Source: Marsupella aquatica
Taxonomy: Eukaryota > Plantae > Marchantiophyta
NCBI GenBank assembly: GCA_973895155.1
Contig: OZ316891.1
Location: 8,867,875 to 8,931,874, forward strand
Direction of reading: 5' to 3'
Length of the DNA stretch: 64,000 nt
Part shown: one piece after another, positions 24,971 through 38,560 of the stretch
How positions within the stretch are numbered: position 1 is the first letter of the stretch
Layout: each line of letters starts with the position of its first letter
Notes under the pieces: model-generated
Database searches by the model: none
Told to the model about the DNA's origin: nothing
The model's input: only the letters and a program-made list of their open reading frames with translations
Program-made: the position numbers and the translations under genes

Positions 24971-25992
24971 CCACAGTCAACTCGCCGTTGATCAATCTTC
25001 AACCTTGCTCAATCAGTGCATCATAGCGCCCTGCAGCATGCATGCATTTCCTTTCGAAAAGTATCGAGGCAGCGTTTGATCAGCCCCTACCCTCGCGACT
25101 CACCCTCTTAATTTTTGCCCAAAACACTGCAAACGTTCACGAGTCTCTCAAATAGGGTTGCGGCGGCCATGCAGGGCCTGATTTAGGGTAAAATAGAGCA
25201 GCAATGATCCAACCATCCGTTTCTTGGGCCATCGGTCGGCTATGGTCTATTTTACCCTAAATCAGTCTCGCTGCAAGTAACAAAGAATGGACTTACCAAT
25301 GTATGGCCGCACGATGTTGACACAAACGGCACTAACCTGGATCAATGGCCCTAAATGCTCTCGACCTGCGCACCTGACCCTTGCTCTTCTCCCCTCATCG
25401 ACGACCTCCCGCTCACACCCACAAACAAAATTTTGACCCAAATTGGCCATGGAGTACACATGGTCCTGCACATGCATGGTGCCCCTAAACCAACTTATGA
25501 AAGGAATTGCCACATGGACCAATAAACGATTGACACGTATACCCCATATATTTTGTTGGCTAATACCCCTATAGTTCTTCCACAAAACTTCTTAAGTCTT
25601 CCGGAAAATTGAATTAAAAACCCTATACTTATTCATGCGTGATGGGTCGGAAGTTATTAAGTGAGGACCCCGGCCTAAAACATGTGAGAACAAACCCATA
25701 AAATTTGAAAATGTAGATTAAAAAACAAATTCTAGCTATTAGAAAACCCTTGTACACTTTATTGAATGACTTTTGATAAAAAAAGTTATATCTGACTTCC
25801 TGAATATTCAAATAATATTTCTACCAGAGTTGGATTTTTAAATTAATGCCTTAAATAGCGTAAGTTTTTGATTATAACTAATAGCCCGTCAAGACTAAAA
25901 ATAACCTTCATTTGTTCACTCCCTATTCTAATAACCCAACAAGTGAAAAAATAATTATAAATAAAACTAAAATAAAAACGCAACAAGTGAGT

Positions 25993-26017
25993 GGTCAAAA
26001 GCAAGCTAGAGGGGTAC
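25993..26017 (+). mobile_element. Solitary Sola2-like left TIR
   Basis: GGTCAAAAGCAAGCTAGAGGGGTAC, identical to 44194-44218. No own right TIR seen. Confidence 0.7.
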
Positions 26018-28834
26018 TTGATCATTCACTTACAAGTCTTCCTTATCCATGGGCGATTATATGAGAGATGATGGCGCTGTTTGGGGACTAGAGTAGAGGT
26101 GAAAGAAAGAGCTTATTTGCAAGTTCTGGTAATCAACGAGAGATGGCAATTCTTAGTGAGGTAGAAGACGAGGCTAGAAAAAGAGAGACTAAGGGTCGCA
26201 ACCAATGAAGATGCGGGTGAAGACGCCAAAAACAAATATGGTCAGTCTAAGTGAGAGGAAGCAAAAACACTCCCACTGAATACAATTGGGCGGATGAGCT
26301 TCTTGCAGATGCAAAGCAGCACCGTAATTAATCACATTCTTGCAGACGCAAAGCAGCAAGGTAATGATATATGCTTGCGTGCGGAGTTACAGTGTGAAAC
26401 TTAATGTGTTTGCTGAGGTAGAGCCCCTCGGCCCTCAGCTTACGTAATCCCGGAAACACGTGCGCCCGCTTGAAGGGTATTTTTAATCCATTTCCGGCTA
26501 ATAATTATAATTCAATTAGAACCAACCAGCCCGCAACTTTATACAAATTTGGGTTTATAAGGAAGAAAGGTATAATTTCCAAAACCGTGGCAGCCATATT
26601 AACTCAACCGAAGGGGTCCTATAATGTATGTGACACGCGTCATAGTATAAGGGGCCATGTGGCAAGGTCTCAATCATTGGAACATAGTGTCCCAAGTGAG
26701 TCACTCTATTAGTACCTAGACCCATATCTTAGTTTGATTATCTGGTTTGTAATCCTGTTTGTAATAGTCTCTCCGATGTAGAGTGCACGCTTGGTGCAGG
26801 CAGTGCCCATGCTTGTGGGGATGTTGCTGCTGCCCACCTATTGCCTACCAATCCATGTCTTGTCCATAGTCTTGCCTATACTAGTTTAGCCAAACTGGTA
26901 AAACATATCTAAACTACGAGTGATTGTATGCCCCACTAGGGCGCTGTATGCATCATTTTTCTCCAAAAAATTTGTGTATCTCAAATTGGATCTTGTATGT
27001 TAGCCATATCTTGGGTTTTCTTTATTATAATTCCACAATGGGTTTTCAAATATAGATTTTATCAGTTTTATAAGGCATCTAAGGGTATAAAAAATTATCA
27101 AAAACTAATTTTTTACATGGATAAAAAATACAGTTGATCAAAAACTAATTTTTTACAAGCCAACCTAGCCAGCTTTTCAGAAATTTTATTAAAATTCTAA
27201 AAATCTTTTAATAAAAATTACAATATGATTAGGAATATTTTTAATTTTATGCTGAAAAAGCAGAAAACTAAACCTTTTATATGACTTGGAAAATTCCAAA
27301 TACTAATTTTTTTGTATAGTCAACTTTTTTAGTCCATATAAAAATATATATATCCCCATGCCTATTATACAAGAGATATGTTCCCGGGGCCAGCAATTGC
27401 TTTGTGGGCGGTGTACGTGAATGAACAATGCAAGGCGACGGCTGCTATGGACGACATATGAGAAATCACTGCCCAGTCACAGAGTAGGTTGCTCCGTTGT
27501 TACAGGCCATGCTAGCTTTTAAACTTGCAAAACCAAGTTGCTAAAGGCAAGGGAAGAGTCTGTGTTTTGAATGCAAGCATAGGCAGAAGGGAAGCACGTC
27601 TCCAAAAGCATTGAATGCACAACTTAACACTCAGTACATGTGTCTTAAGTGTTGATGAGCCAGAGTTTCAAGTTCATCATTTGGACAAGGCTGGAAACCC
27701 TGCTGGAAACAAGCTCAATACCAAGAAAAGCACCAATCTCACACGCCCATGAAGAGAATTGGCGTATTTAGGGATCATAGTGATCCTACTCCAAACCGGA
27801 AGCGACAATGCACATCAATACATTACTTATACATCATGTACATACATTGAAAATTCCCTGGCACGAGGATGTGTCATTGTAAAGAATTAAAAATTTGTCT
27901 TATAAAAAGGGAGTTGCGTACCCCAGGTCCATTGTAGGGAGTACATATCAGACCTCAGTGCCCACAATTTTGGGTGTCAAGCATCAAAACATCTACAAAG
28001 CAAGTGCAATGAGGAGGATGCATCAATTATGAGATATCCTACCAGCCGGTAGCCAAAAGGTTAAGAGTGACAACTGAGATTTCTATTGAGGTACGAAAGA
28101 TTGTGAAACGGTATAGGGTATAGGGAAGGCAATGCTCAAATTTCCCTTGCAAAAAGGATGTGGCCAAACTCCTACTAGGTGTCAGCGAAGAAGTATGCAG
28201 GGAATTAAGTACGAGAAGCATTCCAAGCATTGGCTTGAGGATACCAAGGTAAATACTGGGTAATAGCTACTTTTTGCAATTATGATTGTGTTGAAATTGT
28301 ATTGATTGTGCCATGATAGAGTTTTTTTTGGTTTTTTTCTAATTTAAGGAGAAATCTATGAAACCCCATAGAAAGTGAATAGTCAGTCACAACACAGATA
28401 ACCTACCACTCAGCCATGCCTCTCTGGGCACCATGATAGAGTTTCTATGATTAAGCTGAACCTTATATTGCAAATGGATAGATCCTGATTTCATATTCAA
28501 TGCCCATCCTGCAAGTTGAGTTATTCATGAAGCTCCAAAATTGGTGCACTGTGGAGGGGAATGGAATAATTTCTATAGGTCTTAGATCCTTTCAACATTA
28601 ATTTTTAAAGCCATATATCCACACTATGAAGGATAGAATAATTTAATTGTATATATGTTGTTGCAAACAACATATAGAAATGGACCTGTTGAAGGAGGCA
28701 CTCAACAAGTTCAGGAGACACCAGCACCAAAAGGATTGTAATCATTGATGATAAAAACACATGACAAAAGTCATTATCATTGATGACAAAAGTCATCATG
28801 TATGATAATCATTTTCACATAAATAATATTAATC

Positions 28835-31800
28835 TCATGAGGCTCGACCGATCTTTGCAGAAATACCGTTGCATTCAATTATTTTGTTTTCTGGCACACG
28901 ATCGGAAATACTTGATTAGCTTAGACGGGGCCAAGTTTATGACAACAATTATTAATGAATACATGTAAAAGGTAAATTAAAGCCCGGTCTGTCCACCAAG
29001 ATTTCGCTCAGTTGTTGATTCCAACCAGAATGATCAATAAAACTTTTATATTTATCCAGAATATTTGAAGATTAGACTTATGAGTCTCATTCAGGTGAGC
29101 TACCATGCAACTACGCCTCTCCTCAGGGCAACTGGTGTAACAAAACTTTATCAAGCACTCATGTGAGAGGTCCCATGGATACCCCTTATAATTAGGTTTA
29201 CATATCCCACTGCCCATATTTTGACACTCCTTATATATATGGAGAATCCAACTTTACTGTTTTGTCTTATTCATATTTGTGTATCATGTATTTTTATTTT
29301 AATGTACCTTAACAAGGGGCATCCTTTGTATCACATAGACTTTTAATTACGGACCCCCATTAGGGGTCCTTTCCAAAATTCCTGGCTCTACAGCGTGCCA
29401 CATCATCATGGCACGCTGCAAACACGAAAGGACTTGTTTTTGGATGAAATTAAGTTCTGAGTTCATGTTTGTGGCAACTTCTTTGTAAAAACTGGGACGC
29501 CATGCCGTAAAAGAGAATGTAAAAAAACCTACATGCAAATCAAAAGATAAAAAGATTGAGGTAAAACTGTTCCTTGTAACTGTTTTATTTACATTTTTAT
29601 TATATTCAAAACATAAAATTTTCCCGGTAACAATTTTTGATTTGACATTGCTGAGTCAAATCATAATGAAAACTCACGTATAATATGACGTTGGAAAGAT
29701 CTTGAAGAGACGGTCCTAATGAGCTCAGGATTGTCAACATTCGGTAAAAATTGAGTAAGTAATTTAAAAAACATATTTTATCCATGATTTTATAATCTAT
29801 AACATGAATAGAAATCTTTGTTGCACAACCTCCAAAGTGTTGATCTCTTCCATGAGAATGAACCCTAAAATTGACAGATTTTATCGTACTAAGGAGATTC
29901 TGAGTTTTAGAATTTCTTTAGCCTTTTAATGAACTTAACATTGATAGATTTAGTTGAGTTCTGAGTATTATGAATTTCCAATGTTCTTTAACTTTCCAAT
30001 GAGTGGTCATGAGTTTCTAAATTTCTCTAGCTTTCGATCGATTCAGAATTCTACAATTGGAGATTTGTTTCCGTGAAACTTTTTGTCTCAAACAATTATG
30101 CAAGGTTAGGATTTGATGACACCAATAATTTCTCCCTCTTCGTCCCTATACGTGTAGGAATTGAAAAGTGATTACTTTCAATACAACTTGAGTGCATCTG
30201 ACATCCCTTCAGTACCGTGGAGGAAACCATTAAACACCGTTTTGCTAAAGTGGGCAATTAAGCTACCCACACATTAAACAGTAGTTCACATTGTAGCTGG
30301 TTTTGTGATTGATGTTAATTATGGTTGCCTCGGTAAATTTGGAAATTGTTTCAAGTGTCAAGCTTTGACTTGTCCATTTTTCAATTGATTTTTCTTTAGA
30401 TTTGGAGATATATCTGGGCTTCAGTTTCTAGATAACTGCCTCTAAAATAACATGGGGGTCCATGGATTAATTCATTTTTGGTCCCCTTTAAATTTTTGGT
30501 ATCCTATAATATTTTGAATTTATTTTGGCAGCCCCCTTAAATTTTTAAAATTTGTTAAGTCCTAGAGAGAAACCAAGGGCTTCGTTTTCTAGGCTTGTAA
30601 GTATTCTCATGAGTGAGAGGAATGATTCTAAATAATGTCAACACATTCTGTCTTAACTTAAATTCCCCTTGTGGCTTTCTTTCCTAAATTTATGGTTTTT
30701 ATTGAAATAAGAGTCATTAGTAAGACACATTGAAGTAAGTGCAGAACTGGTAACATCTTTGTGTCATAAATTTTAATTATATTTTCCATTGGTCACTATG
30801 TGCTTTTATTGCATGTGCTTTATTGCATGTGCTTTATTGATGTTATTTTATTCTATTCACACATTTAATATGTATTCTAATTTTACTCTCTAATTTTAAC
30901 TTAATATCACTACCAGACAAAAAATAAAGCATGTTGATGAGCATGCTATATTGCTATATCATTCGGCAGCACACAGTTAGTAATGGACCTTAATTTCCTA
31001 TCACACAAGTTGTCCCGAAATTAAACTAAGATTTAATCGTCACTCCGTGAGTTTAGGAAAGGAATTTGCACAGGTGACAAGTACACTGATTACCGTAATT
31101 AATCTCACACACAGTATTTGGGAACAAAGGTTTTTGAAAGCTGTCACCATAATTAATGTGTGTGAGACTATATAAGAAGTGATACTAAATACATGCTATT
31201 CTAAATTAGAGTAAATGAGATTATTTTTGGTGACACTCAAATAGTGTGTGATGAACACATATTATGTATATAGCTTATGAAAACTACAAATATTTCTAGT
31301 AACTGTAAGATATATTTGTAACGGCGTATAAAATTAAAAATGAATTTCAATTGAAAGTCAGATTTCATTAAAGTATGATGAAATGAAAACCAGGTTATAA
31401 ATACAATCAAAATCAAATTAGAACCAATGACAATAGACTGAACTCTTTACTTGTACTAATATTTATATTTTTTCAGATTTGTAGTCACACCCTTATTAGT
31501 GTGTGTGATACTATTTATGCAGGGAGACTATATAAGTTATGATACTAATTACGGGAGACTATATAAGTTATGATACTAATTACGGTAAACAGTGTAACTA
31601 AGCTTTGGATAAAATGCGCTTGACTGGACAGTCTACAGTCGGTGTCCATGATGCATGATAGTCGGACATTTGAGATCTTGAGATGATGATGGTGTGGCTT
31701 GTTTGCTGGCCTAGGGCAGCAGGTCACAATCATACTGTCTAGAGTGTCGACATTACTATTAATCAGAGCTACGAATTAATCGACTGGGGTGTGGATTTGG

Positions 31801-32640
31801 TTGGCAGTTGCCGTAGAATTTCCTCAGCCGACAATCATGGGCTTTCTCCCTTCTGCATTAGCGAGGATATCTGGAATACCCAACGTAAGTATTGTCTGAA
31901 CTACGATGGAAATGAATCCTGTGAAGACCAGATTCTGTACCACGATGTGGCTGTCATCCATTAGTCATTTCATCAGAGATACTGCTCATCGTGGCCATGG
32001 TTGCCAGTTTGTGCACAGATCCGCGCCAGACCTCGCCCCAAAGTTGCAAGCCCCACGAGGTTTATCAAGATCTACACTGCCTCACATGGATCGAAGGGGA
32101 AATTAAGACAGATCTCGGATTAATTCTCAACTTAGTTAGCTCTTCTTGCTCTAGCTCTATCATTCAAATCTATTCAAGTTAGTGGATGAATCTTGTCTGA
32201 TACTGTCTACAAGTCTACAACAGAATTGAACGCAGAGAAAATCAGATTGGAATGGTTTGGGTCGGGATCAATTGGAAGAGAGAATGTTATCTAGTGAAGC
32301 GTAATAACTTAAACATGCAACTCAGGCATTGATTGGTGTTCTTTGACGCAATCGAGTCAACTCCTAGCTAGTACTACATACGGACAGTGCTGTCGAGAAC
32401 GGTGAGGAGAATATTTGGTGCTTGGGTTATCGCGTTAACATTAGCTAGCTACTATGGTCGATTTATGTCACTTTTGGGTGGAAGGCAATTTTTTCTGTTC
32501 GGTCAAAACTACAGTAAAAGATATTTCATGATAGTGAGATCTTGGAGCGACAGAAGTGAGGTGGATATTTGGTGCTTCCGGAGGTCAAAATTCTGGCTTG
32601 TCTCGTTTAGAAACAGAAAGTTGAAAATTGATACCAAAGT
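28835..32640 (-). pseudogene. Decayed fourth copy of the methyltransferase gene
   Basis: Exon-1 remnant 31787-32040 with frameshifts and a deletion removing the first ATG. Upstream-region homology 32040-32640. Intron-1 remnants at ~30985-31083 and 31595-31780. Intron-3-like remnant at ~28835-29035. Exons 2-4 not found. Confidence 0.85.
31084..31594. mobile_element. 511-bp MITE with TA target (Tc1/mariner-type) in intron 1 of the pseudogene
   Basis: TA|CACTGATTACCGTAATTAATCTCA ... TGATACTAATTACGGTAAACAGTG|TA. Removing it restores gcacaggtgacaa..agcttt, as in the paralogous introns. Confidence 0.85.
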
Positions 32641-35476
32641 ATGCCAGGAATGTATTGTTGTTTCCGCTTGTCTCGTTTCATAATGGAAAAGTTCAAAGAA
32701 CATGATACCAAAGTCCAATGAATCCATTGAGACATGTACAGTTCTCATGCGGACTCACTGTCTGCTGCCCGCACAAATTGAAATCACGTCATGTAAAGTG
32801 TCGGGAGCTTGTCTGTCAATTTCGGTCGCATTTCTGTCCAAACGGAAGCACCTCCAGAGACCTCGGACTTAGAATCCTAACGTTATGAAGTGTGAAGATC
32901 TTGTCTCAACCCAGGTTAAATTGGCTGGGCCAAATGGCAAGCGCCTCCGTGGAATGCAAACTCACAATCTTGACCTCCCACTGAAATGATCTACAACTGT
33001 TTCGATCAGGCAATAGAACTACTGTAGGTAGTTGGTGATATTTTCAGGTGCCCTGGGCATGTGTTAAATCAATCACAGGAAATATAACTCATCCAAGACA
33101 AAGGAGATTTCAAAATGTCATGCGTGAATATCTTGAAGGCAAGGGCAGAAGCATTTCAGGTATGAGAAGTATGAACCAAAGCCTGCTGGACAAAAGAGCG
33201 ACTCCATATATTAATTGCTAGCATTGCACTCTATGTCATGGTTACAGGGCTTGAGCACCAAGTGGCAGGCAGCAGGGGCAAACAGCCCTGCTGGTAATCA
33301 CACATCAAAATGTGGCTGCATTCATTGATTGAATAGAAAAAACTAAGATTATCACGGTATGCAGGGGCGTCGTACAAAGTATATGTCATATTTTGATGTG
33401 CAATTACCGAGACCCGGCAAACAGCCTGAGAGACACATTATGGCACTTCTAGGGAGTAGCCGCCCCAAATTGTACCATTGGGGCAAAAGCTAGGTAGGGG
33501 TGAAGTTAGGGGCAAACGCCGGCCCTCAGGTTTATTAATAAACACTCATGTTATTTCCGTCCTAAATATCTGTTGTTTCTAGGAATTTTGAATTGTACTG
33601 TACTCCTCAAACTTTTTAATAATGGCCCATGTTATTCCAGTCTTAAATATCTCCTTTTCTATGAATTTTGAATTGTATTATACTCCTCAGACAGGTTTTT
33701 AATAAACACATATTTTGCGTGAAGTTTATTCCTTTAGAGACTGCCCGTAGACCTTTCTAAGTTTGTTTTTTATTAGGCCCACCACTTCATCATGTAAAAG
33801 AACCCTCTATCATTTATATAATGGGATAATTAACACACATTTGACCTCATAGATACGATGACTGAACCCAAGTGTCATAGTCACAATCCTATAAGAAAAT
33901 GCACGATATGCACTTCTCAAAGGAAAGTGAAACTAAAAAACTACATAATTAGTAGGAAATAAGATGTGAGAATAAGGTCTCTTCTTGTCTTTATCTCACC
34001 ACAATATCTTTTTGTCACCCTTGATATATTTTCTTCACCTCAAGATCATTTTCTCATGTTGACATATTTTTCTCATCTCACCATCTTTTCTCACTTCGAC
34101 TTATTTTCCTCTCCTCGACACCTTTTTCTTGCCTTGACATCTTATCTTTAATTTCTCATCTTGCCATCGGCTTAAAAACGTTCCAGGTGATGAGAGGGCC
34201 TCTATGTAGTGAGACCCTCGAGAGTGAGCCTTAGAGTTTTAGGAAATCCTTTTTCCGGGTTTGTTTCTTGAAGTATGTCTCCAAGCTAAGTAGCAATGTA
34301 AATATCCTGAGCCCGAGCAGACTTTAGGTGACAACTTTCTGGCTTAACAACCCTTTTGATGCATCTTACAATGCTGATGACTGTGTCTTCTAGCACATAA
34401 ATAATATCATGAAAACCCCAAAAGAACAAGTAACTAATTGAAAGTACTGCTGGTTTAATGCTCACACTGCCACCATGAACTATCAACTGACATTTGATCA
34501 CATGATTTGTCTCAATCTCTAAATAATCCGATGGCGTGCATCTTTTCTTGTGACCATTGTTCATTCTTGTCCACCATCCTCTTTTATAGCAGATGATTGA
34601 TTGAATGAGTTGATCAATCAGATCAAACGGTTAGAGTTCACTGTTGTTATTTGTTGAGTAGATAAATTATATAAGAAAGTTGTTTATTATAATTCAGAAA
34701 GGAAATAGAACTGTTACCATAGGTTACTTTTGCATTAATTTGCTCCTATTTATCTGGCATGTTAATTTTCATTTTTCTTAACTTTTCACCATTCCTAAGT
34801 AACCGTTTTTGATGACGTTGCTGCAAACACGAATGGTTGTTTTTATTGTCACTACAAACATAAGTCTCTTTCATGTTTATGGCAAAAGCTGTTGACATGG
34901 TATACTTGTCACCCACCAGGACCTTTGGAATATATAGATTTGTCATGGGGGTAAGTAATAATAATAATTAATTAACCCAAACACTTTTGATTTATTTGTT
35001 CCAAATTAAACACCTTCATTTCTTACCATCCATTCCCTTGCACTCTTTATTATAGTAAAAACTTTTGTGATTTTTCTTTCTTATTTTTGAGGATAATGTG
35101 AAATTAATGCACTCAAAAATGCAAAAGAGAAAAATCAAGAAACTATTTACGGTTACAAATAGATTCTGGACAGTCGTTCTTCATGCCTTGCGTCATGCCT
35201 TGCGTTTTTATTGACATTGAAGAAACCTTGTTTTTGAGAAAAAAAAAAAACAATCTCACTATGAAGACGTATGAGTCAACAATGCACTGGTCTAGTACCG
35301 GTCCTTCTGCCAGCCTTCGAGGTCGAGAAACGATTTAATTACAACTAATAGGCCTCCATCGATCTTGAAGGTCATAGCAACAAGTCAGATCATTTCGGTC
35401 CTTCTGACCTTCGAATTTCAGTTCAAGAAATGCTCTAGTAGAAACTTTGGATGTCTCACATTCTCTGGACCGCCAA

Positions 35477-38032
35477 TCATTCTTTCAGCCCTTCGATCAT
35501 AGCCATGCCGTCTGGCATGTGAACTACGTTACAACGTGGGAATCCAGCAGCTCCTAGAATCTCTTGGTACTCCTCCTTGCTTCTCTCCCGGGCACCCTTC
35601 AAATATGTCAGCATTATCAGGTCCATACACTCAACAAATACACCCCGACCGCTGTTGTCATGCTTATCCTTGAGAAACTCGGCCAGAATTATCTTCCCGT
35701 TCTTTGCCGGGAGTGCTTTCCAGCAATTCTTCAGGATTTGGATGGCTTCTTCATCGTCATAGTTGTGTATAATCCACTGCATTACATGTCCCAAGGCGAT
35801 GAGTGATAATAGCTAGCGATGGTGAGACAGTGTTATTGTTGTCATTTACTTTACGGTTTCGATCGACGCTGGAAAAACAGAATGAATTTTAATAGGCTGG
35901 TGGCACGATCGCTGTATGAAGAAACACTATATATTGCACTTAGTTTATTTTCTTGCACACGATCGGAAATTCACCGTATCCCACCGAAGTAGCTACGAAC
36001 CAAACAAGACGAGATTGAGCCCAGTTTGAGCTAGATACCGTTGAATGAATAAATGTAAGACGTTAAGGTCCTTGCACCAGGATTTTTCTCAATTGTGATT
36101 CGAACCAAAATGATTGGGTCGAAAGCATTCAGAAGGTGGGAGTGACGTACGAACCTTCAGAAACATTGCGTCTCCTGATGGCACACTCTCGAAGAAATTG
36201 CCTGCCACATGCTGCACACCTGAGGCACAGACGTTTTGGAGGGAAAATCACCTTATCTGTAAATAGTGCCACTCAGAAATATCTCTCTCTAAATTTATAT
36301 ATCTCCATTGAATACATACATTTGAATTACATTTGCTTGAAGACGAACGGATAACATCAGTATCTGGAATTGAAACTAAAATTTGAAAGTATAGATAAAT
36401 TATGCGAAGCGAACAAAATATAAGAGCCTTGATGATATATCAAAATTGGAACCGGGGATCGATGGCATCGGTGAGAACCGCGCACCATGTACTGGAGGAA
36501 CTGTGGAAATAACAGATGGCAGGTCGAAATTGATGCCTTGGATATGTGGTTGCTTAGCAACAACCTGAGATACAAAGTATCCCCTGGATCCTCCCACGTC
36601 GACCAGAGTACTCACACCGTCTAGCAGATCCGAATTCAGCAAACTGTCCAATGCTCCTTTCAAGAACATGTTGCTGTTGGCTTCCATCGCCTTTTGGAAA
36701 GTTAACCGAAACCCGGGTTCGTTAAAGTCATAAATAGGCACTCCGTGCGTTTTTATGAAGGCGGTGGTAGTTTCATCTAGAATGACTTCCGGCAAGCAAA
36801 CCTCACAAGGCAGAAAAGCTGTGCTCGTGACCAAATCTGCGCAAAATGTCCGGCGTGATGAGTAGGTCCGAGATTATCAAAAGTTTACCAAACGATTACC
36901 AAGAGGTACGAGAGGTCCCATGGATACTCCTGATCATTTTCCAAGTAGGTGCATGACCAACGACGGTTTGTCTCTTTTAGCTACGATTAGATTCAACAAC
37001 TCTACATCGAGCAGATGCGAATCATTTAATTAATAGCATATCACTCCGAGCAGTTGCCTTTCATACTGCACTACCCGCGTGATCGATCTGTAACACGCAT
37101 CCCGGCTGGATCCCAGCTCTTCATTGATCAGAAAACCGTCGCTATATTAAATTGAGATCTGTCACTCCAGTAGTCAAACTTAAAACAATTTGCTAGCTAG
37201 TACGTAGCTTGGAAATGAATTTTGCACAGGTGACAACGAACTTTCGATCAAATGCACCGGTGTCCATGCTGCATGACAGCCGGGCCTTTCAGATCTTTAG
37301 ATGATGACAATCTGGCTTGTTTGCTGGCCTATAGCAGCAGTTCACAATCATACTCTCTAGAGTTCGACGTTACTGTGAAGTAGAGCTACGCACTAGTTAA
37401 TGCCCTTATGCGGCCGCCTTTCTGGCGAGGATCAAGGAGAGCATTGAACTGATCGATGAGGTGTGAAGGTAATCACCTGAAAGGGGTGCGATGCTCAACG
37501 GACTTCCTCTGACGAACCATTTGGAGACCTCGGTAAGGCCATAAACAGGTAGCTCATCGCCGTCGAGAGATTCACTGAAGAGCCCTTCTCTCACTAAGGG
37601 ACTAAGAAGGCGTTGCAAATTCCGGACGGACGTAGGTCCTGGACTGGATTTGGTTGGCAGTTGCCGTAGAATTTCCTCAGCCGACATGGGCTTTCTCCCT
37701 TCTGCATTGGCGAGTATATCTGGGATACCTAAGGTAAGTATAGTCTGGACCGCCATGGCAATGAATCTCGTGAAGATCAGGTTCTGTGCCGCGATGTGGC
37801 TGTAATCGATTTCTGAAGTGATTTCATCATTGATGCTGCTCAACATGGCCATGGCTACAGCTTTGTGCACAGATCCGCGCCTGGACCTCGCCCAGACCAC
37901 CGAGTAGGGATGAAGAGCCCCCACACGGAAACGCCCATATCTCGGCAACGACAAGTCGGATGTGCGAGCGTGAGACGGCATTATGAACGGGCGGCCGAGC
38001 CCTACAAGGTGCCGCTGAGGGAAGCACGACAT
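35477..38032 (-). CDS. COMT-like SAM-dependent methyltransferase, copy 3; 4 exons, 423 aa
   Basis: Exons 38032-37477, 36836-36486, 36219-36155, 35776-35477; GT-AG; 1272 nt in frame. Motifs LVDVGGSRG, GINFDLP, VAGNFFESVPSGDAMFLKWIIHNY, GARERS. Confidence 0.93.
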
Positions 38033-38167
38033 TTGTCTAGGTGGAAGATCAATGCGACTACGTGCTATCTGACTCTCACTGCCAAAGTTGCAAGCCCCAC
38101 CGGCCAAGTTTATGAAGATCTAGCCTGTCTCACATCGAAAGGGAAACTGAGACAGTTCTCTGAATCC

Positions 38168-38560
38168 CAACTTAGCTCTTCTTGCTCTCTATCATCCAAT
38201 GTATTCAAAGTGGTGGGTGAGTCTGGACTAGCTTATACTTCAAGTCCACAACAGCAGTCAACGAACTGAGAACTTCAGGAATGGTTTGTTTCTGGATCAA
38301 TTGGAAGAGAGAATAAATTATAGTGGAGCATAATCCGAGCATAATAACTCATGCGTTCAACTCAACTTAGCTCTTCTTGAACTCTATCATAAAAATGTAT
38401 TCAATGTGGTGCCTGGGTGACTCTGGACTTAACTTATACTTCAAGTCTACAACAGAAGTCAACGAGGCCGGAGAAACTGAGAACTGAATGGTTTGTTTCT
38501 GGACAGAGAATATTATACTGAAGCATAATCCCGAGCATCATAACTCATGCATTCAACTCA
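38168..38560. repeat. ~195-bp tandem duplication upstream of methyltransferase copy 3
   Basis: caacttagctcttcttg...cataactcatgc.ttcaact occurs twice in tandem; it is single in the other paralogues. Confidence 0.8.

Larger units (their letters stand above)
16495..25673 (-). mobile_element. P-element-like DNA transposon, 9.2 kb, degenerate
   Basis: Exact 8-bp direct repeat CCTAAAAC at 16487-16494 and 25674-25681. Termini CTCGGGGGCCTCAG and GTGAGGACCCCGG (imperfect TIR). Contains P/THAP9-like transposase remnants. Subterminal repeats lie near the right end. Confidence 0.85.

Noticed and set aside
27370-27800. Coding-like remnant (similar one at 33000-33400), possibly transposase
   Set aside because: Many stops and no diagnostic motif recognised.
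34209-34222. GTGAGACCCTCGAG resembling the P-like right TIR
   Set aside because: No partner TIR or 8-bp TSD found; at most a remnant.
37406-38107. 233-aa ORF start at 38107
   Set aside because: Non-ATG start. The paralogue-supported ATG is at 38032 and the exon ends at the GT donor at 37476.
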